Virus record (IMG/VR): IMGVR_UViG_3300027844_001828
Span: 171,625-235,624 of that record
DNA: 64,000 nucleotides
Reading direction: 5' to 3' (one strand)
Shown here: piece by piece, positions 42,485 through 52,927 of the stretch
Layout of the letters: each line of letters begins with the position of its first letter
Position numbering within the stretch: position 1 is the stretch's first letter
The notes under the pieces: generated by a model
What the model was told of the DNA's origin: nothing
Seen by the model: the letters and a program-made list of their open reading frames with translations, nothing else
The model's database searches: none
Translations under genes and position numbers: made by a program

Positions 42485-43683
42485 GTAGTGATAGGCACCC
42501 GGAAGTCTTTTTCCTAAAAACTCCTCAAGTGAGCTTGTAACCAACGAATGATGGGTTATTGTGTGAGTATGTCAAAAACAATCCAGATCAAAAAGGGCTG
42601 CGAGTGTGGTAGCCAGAGGTTCAATGCAGATCGATTGATCCGCGTTGAAATCATTGTTGACGAGAACAATATGTTCGTTGAAAATATAGCTGGCGGCGAT
42701 GCTGTCTCTATTGTTGACGACAAACCCCCAGAGGGACCGTACACTTGTGTTGAGTGTGAGTGCGAGTACGACACCCTTGATGGAGAATGATGCCTACCAA
42801 ACGTAAGTTTTACCGTACTGTTCTTGCTATCGAAGTTCTTAGCGAGACGCCCATTTCGGCCTGTACTTCATATCAGGACATTCTTCGTGAAGCTGAAGAG
42901 GGTGATTTCTCTCATGCTTCACTTCCTCAAGAGGTATACAATCAGGAAATAGACGGGCGAAAATGCGCTGAGCTTTTGGTTAGGCAGGGTAGCGATTCTG
43001 GTTTTTTCCAGTTGACAGATATTGGGGAGGATGTCGAGGATTATGATGGATAAATTGTATGTTCCTTATGTGACGGAAAGGTGGGTAGTGATACCGCACA
43101 CCTCAATCAAGATAAATGGATCGGAGAGTGTTGCTGGGATGAAAGACTCCGGGGGACAGAATAATGGCTGAGTTAATAGTAATTTCTGTGGTTATTTTCA
43201 TTTCTTGTGTGGTGTGTACGTTCGTTGCCACACAAAAGCAGGCGAAACCTTTGATGATCTTGCAAGGGGTTATCAGAAAGAGATCGAAGAGCTTTACAAG
43301 CAGATCGCCAACATGATCGAATTTGTCCCATTCACAGCCTGGAGAATTGTGTATGAGAATAAGATGTTCATTGTAAAAAGCGAACAGATTAATATACGCA
43401 GGATTGTAAATGGAGAAATCCGATATATGGTTAGCACTGGCATGTTCTGCACTGGGATGTTTTCGACTCTTTATGACAGTCGAGACGACATTCCTAAAGG
43501 TAGGGGGAATTCCCGCACATGGTATCACCATGCTCTTTTCAAAGATGAAATTGAAGCGTTGCTTGCCATTCAAGGGTTGGCGCAAGAAATTTTGAAGACT
43601 CGCAACGATTCACATCAAGAAGACGTTTTACCGCTTCACAAATCAATCGACTCAAACGCCAAACGCTTAAAGGAACTCGGAAT

Positions 43684-43860
43684 ATGAAATACATTCGCAG
43701 AAATCCGCTGGAAAAAGACTTTGGTTGGGGAAAATTAAAATTAAGAAGTTGGGATAAAATTAAAAATGAGCTTGACAAATGCGATCTTCTTTGTGGAAAT
43801 TGCCATGATGAAGCGCATCAAGAAATTAGAACTGGAACTATTTTTACCCCAATAGCTTAA
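43684..43860 (+). pseudogene. HNH endonuclease C-terminal remnant running into tRNA-Arg
   Basis: NPLEKDF...WDKIKNELDKCDLLCGNCHDEAH. Confidence 0.7.
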
Positions 43861-43920
43861 GGGATAAAGCAGTGGATTTCTAATCCACATATTCAGGTTC
43901 GAATCCTGGTTGGGGTACCA
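43846..43920 (+). tRNA. tRNA-Arg(UCU)
   Basis: Acceptor ACCCCAA/TTGGGGT, anticodon arm GTGGA-TTTCTAA-TCCAC, T-loop GGTTCGAATCC, encoded CCA. Confidence 0.92.
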
Positions 43921-44138
43921 GAATTAACTTAATTAACTGCTTGATAAATTTCAAAACGGAGATAGAGTAACAGTATGCAAGAAATACTCACAACCTTAAT
44001 TGCCTTGGGGGCCTTACACTTTACATCGTGTGGAACATTTCCTACACCCTCTCACATTTTCATTGGTGTCAATAGGACTTACGAAAATACCTTTCGTGAG
44101 TAAAGATCCTGATAACGTAACCTGTTGTAGCGTAACCT

Positions 44139-44236
44139 GCTTCAGTCCATTAGGCGGGTTCGCCTGGCTGCGAGTTCCAGGGGGGTGCGGAACTGTTCGC
44201 AATTGAGACGGTAACGCACAACACGGAGGACTGAGC
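44139..44236 (+). ncRNA. Candidate multibranch structured RNA
   Basis: TCAGTCC/GGACTGA closing stem; inner TAGGCG/CGCCTG and TGCGA..GTTCC/GGAAC..TCGCA. Confidence 0.4.
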
Positions 44237-44314
44237 AATAACTGCGCAAAACTATCGCACATACCGGCGCAAGTACGATACTACCATCAAACATAAACCA
44301 AACGAGGCTGAATA

Positions 44315-44941
44315 ATGAGTAAAGCAACCATCATGGCTGGCATCGACAGCGACAGCAGCCGCGTCATCGCCAACAATACAGTCGAGTACACTGTTGGCAA
44401 AGCCCGTACAATACGGCTGCATTCGACGGACGTCATCACCTTCGATGCGCTCGGCGGCGTGACGCTGGACACGGGGGGCTGGCTAACCCCGACCACCAAA
44501 GACCGGATAAACCAATTCCAAACCGCTGCTCGGTTGCACAGCGAGCGGGGGATCTGGTACGCTACCATCGGAGGCAAGCGGTACATATATCAAGACGGCC
44601 TCCGCATCGGGCCACGCGGCGGCGTCACGGGCCACGCTGGTCCGGCAGCGATCAAGGCGCAGCGTAAAAAAACTAAGCAAATCAAAGCTTACTGCGATGC
44701 TATTCGGGCGCTGGATACGTTGCCAGAACCAGAACCCGGTGACTGTTTTATTTGTAGTGGTTTTAAAGGCACCGATTGTCTGCAAAGTCACCTGGATGAG
44801 ATGTATATACACGGGTCACTCATTAGGCGCGCAATGGAGGCGCGTGGATACAGCGAGTTTGCGCTGCGATTTGCCTATCAGATCGACAATCGTGACACAG
44901 TTGTCCGTGCAGTCCTAGCCTATTTCAAGGCCAACTGCTAA
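44315..44941 (+). CDS. Conserved phage hypothetical protein in a GC-richer island
   Basis: RLHSTD...TLDTGGWLTPTTKDRIN motif. Confidence 0.65.
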   Translation: MSKATIMAGIDSDSSRVIANNTVEYTVGKARTIRLHSTDVITFDALGGVTLDTGGWLTPTTKDRINQFQTAARLHSERGIWYATIGGKRYIYQDGLRIGPRGGVTGHAGPAAIKAQRKKTKQIKAYCDAIRALDTLPEPEPGDCFICSGFKGTDCLQSHLDEMYIHGSLIRRAMEARGYSEFALRFAYQIDNRDTVVRAVLAYFKANC

Positions 44942-45472
44942 TCCACCGGATCGTCCGCTCTGATAGGCAACTCATCCCAGCACCAACGCAGTCTAATCAG
45001 CCATCGCATAGATCGTGATCTCGCTCATTGAAGTTTACATTCGGCGCGATGTTTCCATTGTAGAGGCCGAGGAATGGATTTGGGACAGACATGGGCGTGG
45101 ATTCACGAAACTCAAGGATTTTCATTGTGACCGGCCTTATATCGCCTTCATTCGTACACATGATGGGTTCACTCGGCAAAGAATTGGCAAAAGGTTACTT
45201 TTCAAGGCGACTGGGATCATTCAGGACAGGTTAGGCCTCGCCGGTATCCATTCAGGGGAAAGTTCGACCAGAGGTACTGGTGGCCGGGCGTTCTTTACTT
45301 ATATTGAGCGTTACTATAGGCATCGATTGAAATCTAAGAATCTCCCAGGTTCCCGCAAAAAAGATTATGTTATTGTTTGACATTTCGACAATCTGCATTA
45401 TGGTAGGGCATCATGAACAAACACAACTTCTAAGCACATCTCAGCCAACTTAAATCAACAGAGGAATTAGAA

Positions 45473-46114
45473 ATGTCTTTTCATGGAATGATAGATCGAA
45501 TAGCTGGTGCAGCAGTTAAGACTGCTATAGATTGGGCACCAGTAGAAGAGGGTTTGGATTATTGGCCAGTTGAAAAGCAACAATCTGAATTGGATAATGC
45601 TCAAAAGGTTTTCAAGAAATCTCTTCAAGATGGTTCGTTTAGGAAACTGCATGCAATCATAAAAGGTCGCAGTACTTACTATAATGCTACATCAGATCCT
45701 AAGGCTTTCTCTTTTCATGCTCCTATCGCATTGATGTTGGATGCCATGAATGAGCTTGGGTGGAGAGGGCTTGAGGATGACATATCAAGATTGGTGGCAA
45801 GAAGGGTATATGAGAATCCAGATTCTGGCATCAAGATAATGAAAGGTGAAGGTGATACGTTTGTAGCATTTCTTCCTTCTTCAAGTGCAAAGCCGGTTGA
45901 TAGGCGTAGTAGCGATAAGACTGCCAGTAAGTATATCCTTACTGTTGATGATTCTGTTGAGGCTCACAAGTTGGAGAGTATGGCAGATGATTTGAAGGAT
46001 GTGGAGTATGACAACTATGATGTTTACTCTACAGATAAGGATGGTCTCAAGAAGCTGAAGAGTGAATTGAATAAAAAAGGAATTAATTCTGAAGCAATAA
46101 AGACACGTTGGTGA
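45473..46114 (+). CDS. Two-domain protein with RIA/KTA motifs (leader-family relative)
   Basis: MIDRIAGAAVKTA; internal DKTA. Confidence 0.6.
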   Translation: MSFHGMIDRIAGAAVKTAIDWAPVEEGLDYWPVEKQQSELDNAQKVFKKSLQDGSFRKLHAIIKGRSTYYNATSDPKAFSFHAPIALMLDAMNELGWRGLEDDISRLVARRVYENPDSGIKIMKGEGDTFVAFLPSSSAKPVDRRSSDKTASKYILTVDDSVEAHKLESMADDLKDVEYDNYDVYSTDKDGLKKLKSELNKKGINSEAIKTRW

Positions 46115-46452
46115 TCTTAACGTAGGGATCTTAACGGACCTCGATAAGGGGAGAGACGAGCCAGTTAATAAGACAGTAGAAAAAACAATCGGATTCAATT
46201 TAATCATCAAACACTCAAGGAAGGTATCATGTTGTTAGGCTTAATTTAATTTATTACTGTGACGATCTGGGCTTGGTTAATTCCGGCTGGAGTTTCAGCT
46301 TTGATTTTGATTGCTGGACTCTTTATCGTTTTTGTTAAATTAAGGGATGATGGTACAGACGAAGAGGATCAATGTGTTGTTGGATACATCTTCGTAATCC
46401 TTTTCGTCTGTCCTTGGCTTGCTTACTTTCTTATCGTATAGGTGTTTGTTTA

Positions 46453-46586
46453 GGGACCGTAGCACAATGGTATGTCATAATTGTCATGGAGAGATACATG
46501 ATGAGCTAATTCCTAAAAAACAAATTTTAGAACTTCAAATTAGTAAATGGAATCGTGGCCAAACGGTTAAGGCTGCATGCTCATAA
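46453..46586 (+). pseudogene. tRNA 5' fragment fused to HNH C-terminal remnant
   Basis: GGGACCGTAGCACAATGGT joined to (M)VCHNCHGEIH. Confidence 0.6.
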
Positions 46587-46624
46587 CATGTTGATTGTAG
46601 GTTCGAACCCTACCGGTTCCACCA
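46549..46624 (+). tRNA. tRNA with CAU anticodon (elongator Met or Ile2)
   Basis: Acceptor GGAATCG/CGGTTCC, anticodon arm GCATG-CTCATAA-CATGT, GGTTCGAACCC, encoded CCA. Confidence 0.9.
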
Positions 46625-47580
46625 TTTCTTTTCAATAACGCTTGTAAAAATTCAAACCAGTGTCATTGTACCTCCATGAGCAAAAGCATTTCAGATCGAC
46701 TCGAAGAGTTGAAAGTTCACCTTCGTAATAAGCATCGGATTAAGTATGGCGCTGACTATACAATCTTGATCAGTAGTGAGCAACTCCATATATTATGTGT
46801 TGATGCTTACACTGATGCTATCATTGAACACTTTCGAAGTTTTGATATTGCAATCTCAACGTTGTCAATCATAGGGAAAAGGGAGTGGTAAGTATGAAAT
46901 TCTTACTCGCATTCTTTCTTTGTTCGAATCTCTATGCGGTAGATATCTTCGAATAGTTCGACCGAATCGCTGCAAAGGACTACCATTTGCAGGTTTATTA
47001 CTGTTCTAACATGTGTTCCGAGTTCATCATCGCGATAAATCGTTCACTGTTACCGGCGCGAATCACCGCGCCAGACAACCCTGGAGAAAGAATCTGATGA
47101 CTACTAAAGCCGGACATTTCAACCTTGATTGGATCGCGGAATGCCGATCAAATGAAGGTGACGACGAAACGCTTGAGGCATGGGTATGCAGAGCAAGAAA
47201 TTGTGAGATGACTGAGATCGACAAAGATGGTAGTGTCTGGTGCGGTCGAAAGCGGCGGTACGAATACGATGGCTTTTGGCTATCACAAGAAGCGTGCGAC
47301 GAGACCGTAGCCACTATCGAGCGAGGGCTATAGCAAGGGACCAAACCACCGTGGCGAAACGCACCTGCGAGTGCGTCACGTAAAGGAGATTAGATAGTCA
47401 TGTTGTTATGCGCCAACTGCCCAAACTATTATGAGAAGCACGGTACGTGATAGTACTATGCTTCATCCAGCTATCTATAAGAAGAATTTCTCAGCTTATG
47501 GGTATGAAAAACATTTCAATAAAGCTTTGGGTGGACAACCAAGATACTATTAACATTGAAAAAAATCAAGGAGAAAAATA

Positions 47581-47799
47581 ATGAGGACAATCGTCCATGT
47601 GAATCAGCATGTGATAAAAGCTAATAGAAAGAATCAAAAGAACGATCCAGTTTTGACAGTCAAGACCTATAAAAGTAATGACTACGCACATGAGGTCATA
47701 ATAAATGGACCCTCGAAGATAATCTATAGACCGGACAAGCCATTGCCTTGCGGAGCGCAAGTTTGGATTGAAACAGAATCAGATGTAGAAAAAAGGTAG
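47581..47799 (+). CDS. Conserved small phage protein
   Basis: HVNQHVIKAN...PDKPLPCGAQVWIET; AAGGAG SD. Confidence 0.75.
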   Translation: MRTIVHVNQHVIKANRKNQKNDPVLTVKTYKSNDYAHEVIINGPSKIIYRPDKPLPCGAQVWIETESDVEKR

Positions 47800-47880
47800 G
47801 AAGCTTTTTTGTGGAAAATATATTGCCCAGAATGTATAATAAAAGAGGGCGAAGTCAATAACAAACACAGAGGATGACAA

Positions 47881-48036
47881 ATGAGTATCGCTGAACGACT
47901 TGAATATTTACGTGGGGAAATTAAACAAGAACGAATCAGCTACGGAGAAATTGCTGAATTGCAATCACTTGCGACACACATTGACGAGGGTGACGTTCAA
48001 CTCCGAGAATGGGCAGGGATTCCAGAGAGGGAGTAG
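47881..48036 (+). CDS. Small phage protein (51 aa, not in ORF track)
   Basis: GAGGA SD; RLEYLRGEI..ERISYGEIAELQSL...EWAGIPE. Confidence 0.65.
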   Translation: MSIAERLEYLRGEIKQERISYGEIAELQSLATHIDEGDVQLREWAGIPERE

Positions 48037-48130
48037 AGTGGTACAAGATTGTAGACACAGTGATTCCAGCCAATGCAAGGAAAAGAGAGATGGATGAAAA
48101 ATTAAAGCGGATTGACCATTCGAGGCGATT

Positions 48131-48580
48131 TTGAGATGTAACGCAGGAATTAGTCCAGAGCACATGGCAGATCAGCATTTGTGTGAAGCAAGTGAACTTA
48201 AAATGGTGCCTGGCACCATAAAAAAGAGATTAAAATTTAACATAACAAAACCCATCCCAGATAAGTTTTGTTTGAATGGAGGACATATCTCGTTCTTCTA
48301 TGATAAATTGCACTATTTGCGCCTTCGCCATGGTCATGTATTTAAGGAATGCATAGCCAGAGGTAGAAAATGCCAGAGCTTATTTTATGATCTATCAGAT
48401 TTTCCTGACAATCTGATAAATGATTGGCATCCTACTTTAGATGATAGTAGGATAGTAAGAACCCGCATGGTGAAGAGATTATTTCAGAAACCCAAATTTT
48501 ATCGCTATAAAGGAGAACCTATAGATGATATGGAAGACTTTTGCTCTAGGATCATGCTGAGTCCTTTATATACGAAGTAA
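48131..48580 (+). CDS. denV: Pyrimidine-dimer DNA glycosylase (T4 endonuclease V-like)
   Basis: ADQHL..E, IPDKFCL.GGH..FFYDKL.YL, EC..RG, KPKFYRY; may lack one residue near the catalytic Glu. Confidence 0.78.
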   Translation: MRCNAGISPEHMADQHLCEASELKMVPGTIKKRLKFNITKPIPDKFCLNGGHISFFYDKLHYLRLRHGHVFKECIARGRKCQSLFYDLSDFPDNLINDWHPTLDDSRIVRTRMVKRLFQKPKFYRYKGEPIDDMEDFCSRIMLSPLYTK

Positions 48581-48827
48581 GATGGCTTTAAGCGGTAATA
48601 AACGATACAAGAGCGACAAATAGGGCTCAAATGGTACCCACTCCCTTAAAAAAATAGAAGATGCACGGCATTCACGCAGTCTAACCACACGCAAGGATAT
48701 TTACAGGGTCAGTGATTTGCCAAATAGTATCGCAGCGAATCTGGAGATCGATGCCGTCAATAGTAGCGATCACTTCGCAGCAGACTTTGCCTTCGCCCCC
48801 TTGATAGAATAAATTTTCCAACACGAG

Positions 48828-48855
48828 TTGACAGGACGAATTCGTGAGCTATAGT
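48828..48855 (+). promoter_or_regulatory. Sigma70-like promoter, 16-bp spacer
   Basis: TTGACA-N16-TATAGT. Confidence 0.75.
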
Positions 48856-49297
48856 TGATCATAGTCCGAAACCACAATCCAAATAACGAGGATAAGGCGA
48901 TGGTTCTAAAACAGTTTCTTTACAAAGGTAGAACGGGCAAGACGCGAGTCAACAATGTGACAAGCCGCGTTAAGCGTGGCGTGATGGTCGCAGTAAAGGG
49001 TGCGGGTCGCACAGTCAATGTCGGCTGGAGCAAGTGCTCCCCTGGAGACTACTTCGACAGGGATCGTGCTCACGCCAATGCGATTGCCCGGCTCGTCCAG
49101 CCGGATCATGTTGAATTCCCGGCCTCCGAGTCTGATCAGCGTCAGTTCGATCACTTTGCAAAGCGGGCGGCGAGCGCATTCAAAATTTTGATCAAGAACG
49201 TGAAGGTGGTCTGATGCAGAAGTTGATACGCGGCGATCAACCAAGTAGTCTCGCCAGCCGCCCCTATTTTTCTTAAAACAACTAATGGATAGAAGCA

Positions 49298-49597
49298 ATG
49301 AATTTTGAACAGAGAATCGCACATAAGCTTGTCGGTATAGCTGAAAGGTTAATAGTTGTCGGTGAGATTAGAAAGCCTGCCGATGTAGATCAGAAGTTCT
49401 GGGAAGCATTAGTCGAAGCAGCAGACGATGTTGTGGATGGTAAGGGTAATTTTAAGAACCATGTCAAGAAATTAAAGAAGCAATTCCCTACTTCAGATGA
49501 GGAAGACATTACTTCCATAATGCAAGAAATGATTGGCCACTCTGAAAGGCTTGCAGCTGATCGGGGAACTTTGGTTCATAGGTGCTCGTGTCTATGA
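49298..49597 (+). CDS. IAxEL-leader family protein; 3' part apparently disrupted
   Basis: MNFEQRIAHKLVGIAERL; internal ERLAA. Confidence 0.6.
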   Translation: MNFEQRIAHKLVGIAERLIVVGEIRKPADVDQKFWEALVEAADDVVDGKGNFKNHVKKLKKQFPTSDEEDITSIMQEMIGHSERLAADRGTLVHRCSCL

Positions 49598-50087
49598 GAA
49601 CCCTGCTGTTTTTGAAGAGGGGCGACAAGTCTGAGTTTGAGACTAATGGCACGAAATATCGTGGCACAGTTAGTCGTGTTTATAAGGATGAGGCTGATCT
49701 TGAAAAGATTAATCCCCCTACCTCAGATGATGATGATGAGGCTACAGTTCTTCTCACTCGTTTGAAAAAGGTGTAATGTAGTGAGATATAATGCGATATC
49801 TAATGCGATATCTAATCTAATAGATGCCGCAGAGAGACTTGCAGCTACAGATATCGTTTTAGATGCCCTTGAGGTTGCAGAGCGTATTACTAAGGATTTC
49901 ACTCGAAAGGGTGAGATTTCCAAGAATGATGTCAAAAACATGGGTGTATCAAAATGTGTCTGTTAGCGCCTTTGGCGATGGTTTCAACTCGAAAGAGAAG
50001 GCCTCAGAGAAGGGCTACTTTGCAATCGCCATTGAACAAGAACCGTCACAAGTTGTGGCAAAGGAGAATGGTTAAGTCTCAAGTAGA

Positions 50088-50229
50088 GGCTTAGCAAGGC
50101 AGTACTGGTGTAGCCGGTTAGGGTTTTGAGCCCGGTGGCAGTCGCACCCTTAAGATACAAAAGTATTGATAAGGCACCAGTTGGGAATAAGCTGCACAGT
50201 CGAAGCGGACGTAGAGATTGCCAAGTCTC
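50088..50229 (+). ncRNA. Candidate structured RNA upstream of HNH gene
   Basis: GGCTTA/TAAGCT and ACTGGTGT/GCACCAGT stems enclosing two hairpins. Confidence 0.35.
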
Positions 50230-50255
50230 GCCCCACCGTTTCATTTTGGATAACT

Positions 50256-50672
50256 ATGAAAGAAACCATCATAAAGAAAAAGCAAGACCTCGAAAGAACG
50301 GGTGGTCACATCAAACCTGAAGATGTATTCCCATTCATTGAGCCAAGCACGAAACCGAACAGGAGTCCAAAGCATGATTTCCTGGGACACTCAGTAAATG
50401 TTTCGTCTCCCCGCTACAATGTCTTCGCAAACAAGGGATGTGACTGTGTTACTTGCGGAGTTAAGGGTAAGTATTTCCTCCTTGAAAGGCACAAGGCCTC
50501 CGGCCCCAAGCAGCCCTATCATTTGAATCTCTACGCTATCGATTTCGAAGGGGATGAGGTACTTATGACTGTTGACCACATCATCCCAGCTTCGCATGGT
50601 GGACCCAGATCCTTCGACAACCTTCAGCCCATGTGCAAAGTTTGTAATGAAGAAAAGGGTAACACAGTTTGA
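50256..50672 (+). CDS. HNH endonuclease
   Basis: CVTCG...MTVDHIIPASHGG...NLQPMCKVCNEEKGN. Confidence 0.88.
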   Translation: MKETIIKKKQDLERTGGHIKPEDVFPFIEPSTKPNRSPKHDFLGHSVNVSSPRYNVFANKGCDCVTCGVKGKYFLLERHKASGPKQPYHLNLYAIDFEGDEVLMTVDHIIPASHGGPRSFDNLQPMCKVCNEEKGNTV

Positions 50673-50697
50673 CAAACACTGAATCATGCAGTAGGTT

Positions 50698-50878
50698 ATG
50701 TGTGCATGGTGAGTAACGCTCGCCCGTAAGGCGCACGTAGCCGCTATATAGGTGATCCTCAGATGATCAAGAGGGGATAGGGAGTTCGTCGTCCCGAACA
50801 ATCAAGATGGCGATAGGGTAACTTAGAGGTTGGGGGGTGACGTTGAAGTCACGGCTCTTTGATGGAGTCATCACAACC
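50698..50878 (+). ncRNA. Candidate structured RNA or leader downstream of promoter
   Basis: Serial hairpins and a three-way junction GGTTG[GTGAC/GTCAC][GGCTC/GAGTC]CAACC. Confidence 0.4.
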
Positions 50879-51281
50879 ATTTAACTTTATTAAGGAAAAT
50901 CATGAGCAACACCGACACAATCGAAGCAGTTGAAGAAGTTATCGAGAGAACCGATTTCATTCCTTCGCGGGATCTTGTGCCTCCCCCGTTTGACCCGAAG
51001 GCTTTCTTCGTTGATGTCGCAGAGAGTGATAGATACACCTTCACGATTAATGGTGAGCACTTTGATCATAACTCTCCTAACTTGGAAGACACCAAGAGGC
51101 AGGCGAGCATCTTCGCACAGAATCTCGAAAAAGGCTTCCATCGAGTTGTGATCTTCAAGAAAGAGGGTCTTTTCTTAGAGTTCGATGTTCATCAAGAGAA
51201 TGGTGACTTCGCCCCACGAAATCATCATGACCATACCAACAGGTACGCTCATCTCGATACTGATTGGTGGAAGACCAAGCC

Positions 51282-51572
51282 GTGAAACGTCATCGTATAA
51301 TCAACTGGCTTGAGAACAATGGCCATGATGTTATTGATAACCCTACAATACTCTTATTAGATGGACTTGACGAGGCATTCATGGGTGTGACAGAGTTGTG
51401 GAGAGAGAGTACTATCGTAACCGTAGCTAATTACGACTACAAGAAGTGTGTCAACACTCTCATGAAACGAGATGGGATGCCTTACGAAGAGGCTATGGAA
51501 TTCATTGAATCTCAATCCATTGGCGCATACGTCGGAATCTACACTCCAGTTTTTAGTCATAACGTGGCTTGA
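51282..51572 (+). CDS. Conserved phage hypothetical protein
   Basis: DGLDEAFMG...YDYKKC...DGM.YEEAMEF...GAYVG..TPVF. Confidence 0.65.
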   Translation: MKRHRIINWLENNGHDVIDNPTILLLDGLDEAFMGVTELWRESTIVTVANYDYKKCVNTLMKRDGMPYEEAMEFIESQSIGAYVGIYTPVFSHNVA

Positions 51573-52557
51573 CCTTTTCAGATGGCGTGATATGTTGTTT
51601 GCACTTTGATAAGCACTGAATGTTTTCACACACACCACGGGACGCACTGAATGAATACGCAAGACTTGGCGGAAGACATGCAATACGCGGGGTTGATACC
51701 ATCTCAGGGGATCATTACGACAGCTGTCAAAGAATTTTTTGCCAAATACCTTGCCAAAGAGGTCTCGATTTCCTTTTCTCTCGACGAGGTCAAGGGATTC
51801 GCAGAGGATAACCTTGGTATTGCCATTACTGACGAGGACGCTGTGAAGATTTTGGCGAAGATCCGGCAGCGACTATCGGCCTCAACGAAAGCGTGGTCAT
51901 TCAAGCTATTACAGATTACTATGCCTAAGAAAAGGACAAGTATATGCAAAGACTGCAAAGACGTTGGTATGTTCTTGAAGGATGGGGCAATTGAGAGTTG
52001 TCGTAAATGCAGCAAGCTTAACGCTCCGCAGTCCCTTGAGAATTCATTCGAGATATTCCGCCAAGTGATGTTAGCATATGAGGGGTTTTACGACGATTTG
52101 TACGACGACCCTGATTTCGATGAGAAGTGCCTTAAACTTTTTGAAGCCATGATAAAGCAAAAGCGGGAGATGAAAGATGGACAGCAGTGAGACCGAAGAA
52201 GAAGCTATGAAAAAGGGAGACGAACTCCTTGCTATGATGAAAGGTGATGGCTGGGAGCTTAGTGTTCACGAAAACATGGGGTGGCACTACAGTGTTCGAA
52301 ATGGCCCCATGCAGATGCAGTCAAGCTCTTCCGGTGGAACCACCACATATTCGATACTTCTTGGCGGGAGCTTGGTGGTCCGCACCGCCGGTGTGTCACA
52401 CTTTCTTGTTGAAGACTGGTACGCCGACCCGAACGAAGCTGTTGAAGCACAAATCTATAAGGCAAAAGAGTTCGTTCTCTCACAGGTCGAGTTGTTGACC
52501 CACATCATAAAGTGTTGTGTTTAACCAACAAACGTAACACATCCAGAAGATTTATCA

Positions 52558-52591
52558 AGAGCCTCGACGAAATATTATCGTCGGGGCTTTT
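52558..52591 (+). terminator. Intrinsic terminator preceding palindrome pair
   Basis: AGAGCCTCGACGA-loop-TCGTCGGGGCTTTT. Confidence 0.7.
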
Positions 52592-52643
52592 GCGTGTACG
52601 GCCCATTGAGGTGATCGCCGAGGGACTCCCTTCCACCTCGCTT

Positions 52644-52677
52644 GGTTCACTTTATAAAATGTTTTATACAGTGGACC
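52644..52677 (+). repeat. 34-bp palindrome, copy 3 (inverted spacer)
   Basis: GGTTCACTTTATA-AAATGTTT-TATACAGTGGACC. Confidence 0.95.
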
Positions 52678-52746
52678 GAAACGGTTTGCCGTCGCTGGCG
52701 GTCGGGGCCCCCGATATCGCCAGCTCTTCAGGCTCATGTTGCTCCT

Positions 52747-52780
52747 GGCTCACTGTATAAAACATTTTATACAGTGGACC
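52747..52780 (+). repeat. 34-bp palindrome, copy 4
   Basis: GGCTCACTGTATA-AAACATTT-TATACAGTGGACC. Confidence 0.95.
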
Positions 52781-52855
52781 GAAACGGATAGGAGCCGGGC
52801 TCCCTGGTGAGACAAAATGACACACATTATTTTCGAAAATAGTCTTTTATCAAGC

Positions 52856-52883
52856 TTGACATAAACGTTTGGTGAGTTAGAGT
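52856..52883 (+). promoter_or_regulatory. Sigma70-like promoter, 16-bp spacer
   Basis: TTGACA-N16-TAGAGT. Confidence 0.75.
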
Positions 52884-52927
52884 CATTGCATGCATCGAAA
52901 AATCATCATCCAACTCGGAGTTTAATC

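Noticed and set aside
50256-50672. IscB/HEARO-type RNA-guided nuclease or group I intron
   Set aside because: Protein is about 138 aa with no RuvC or PLMP motifs; no interrupted host gene or recognisable intron core.
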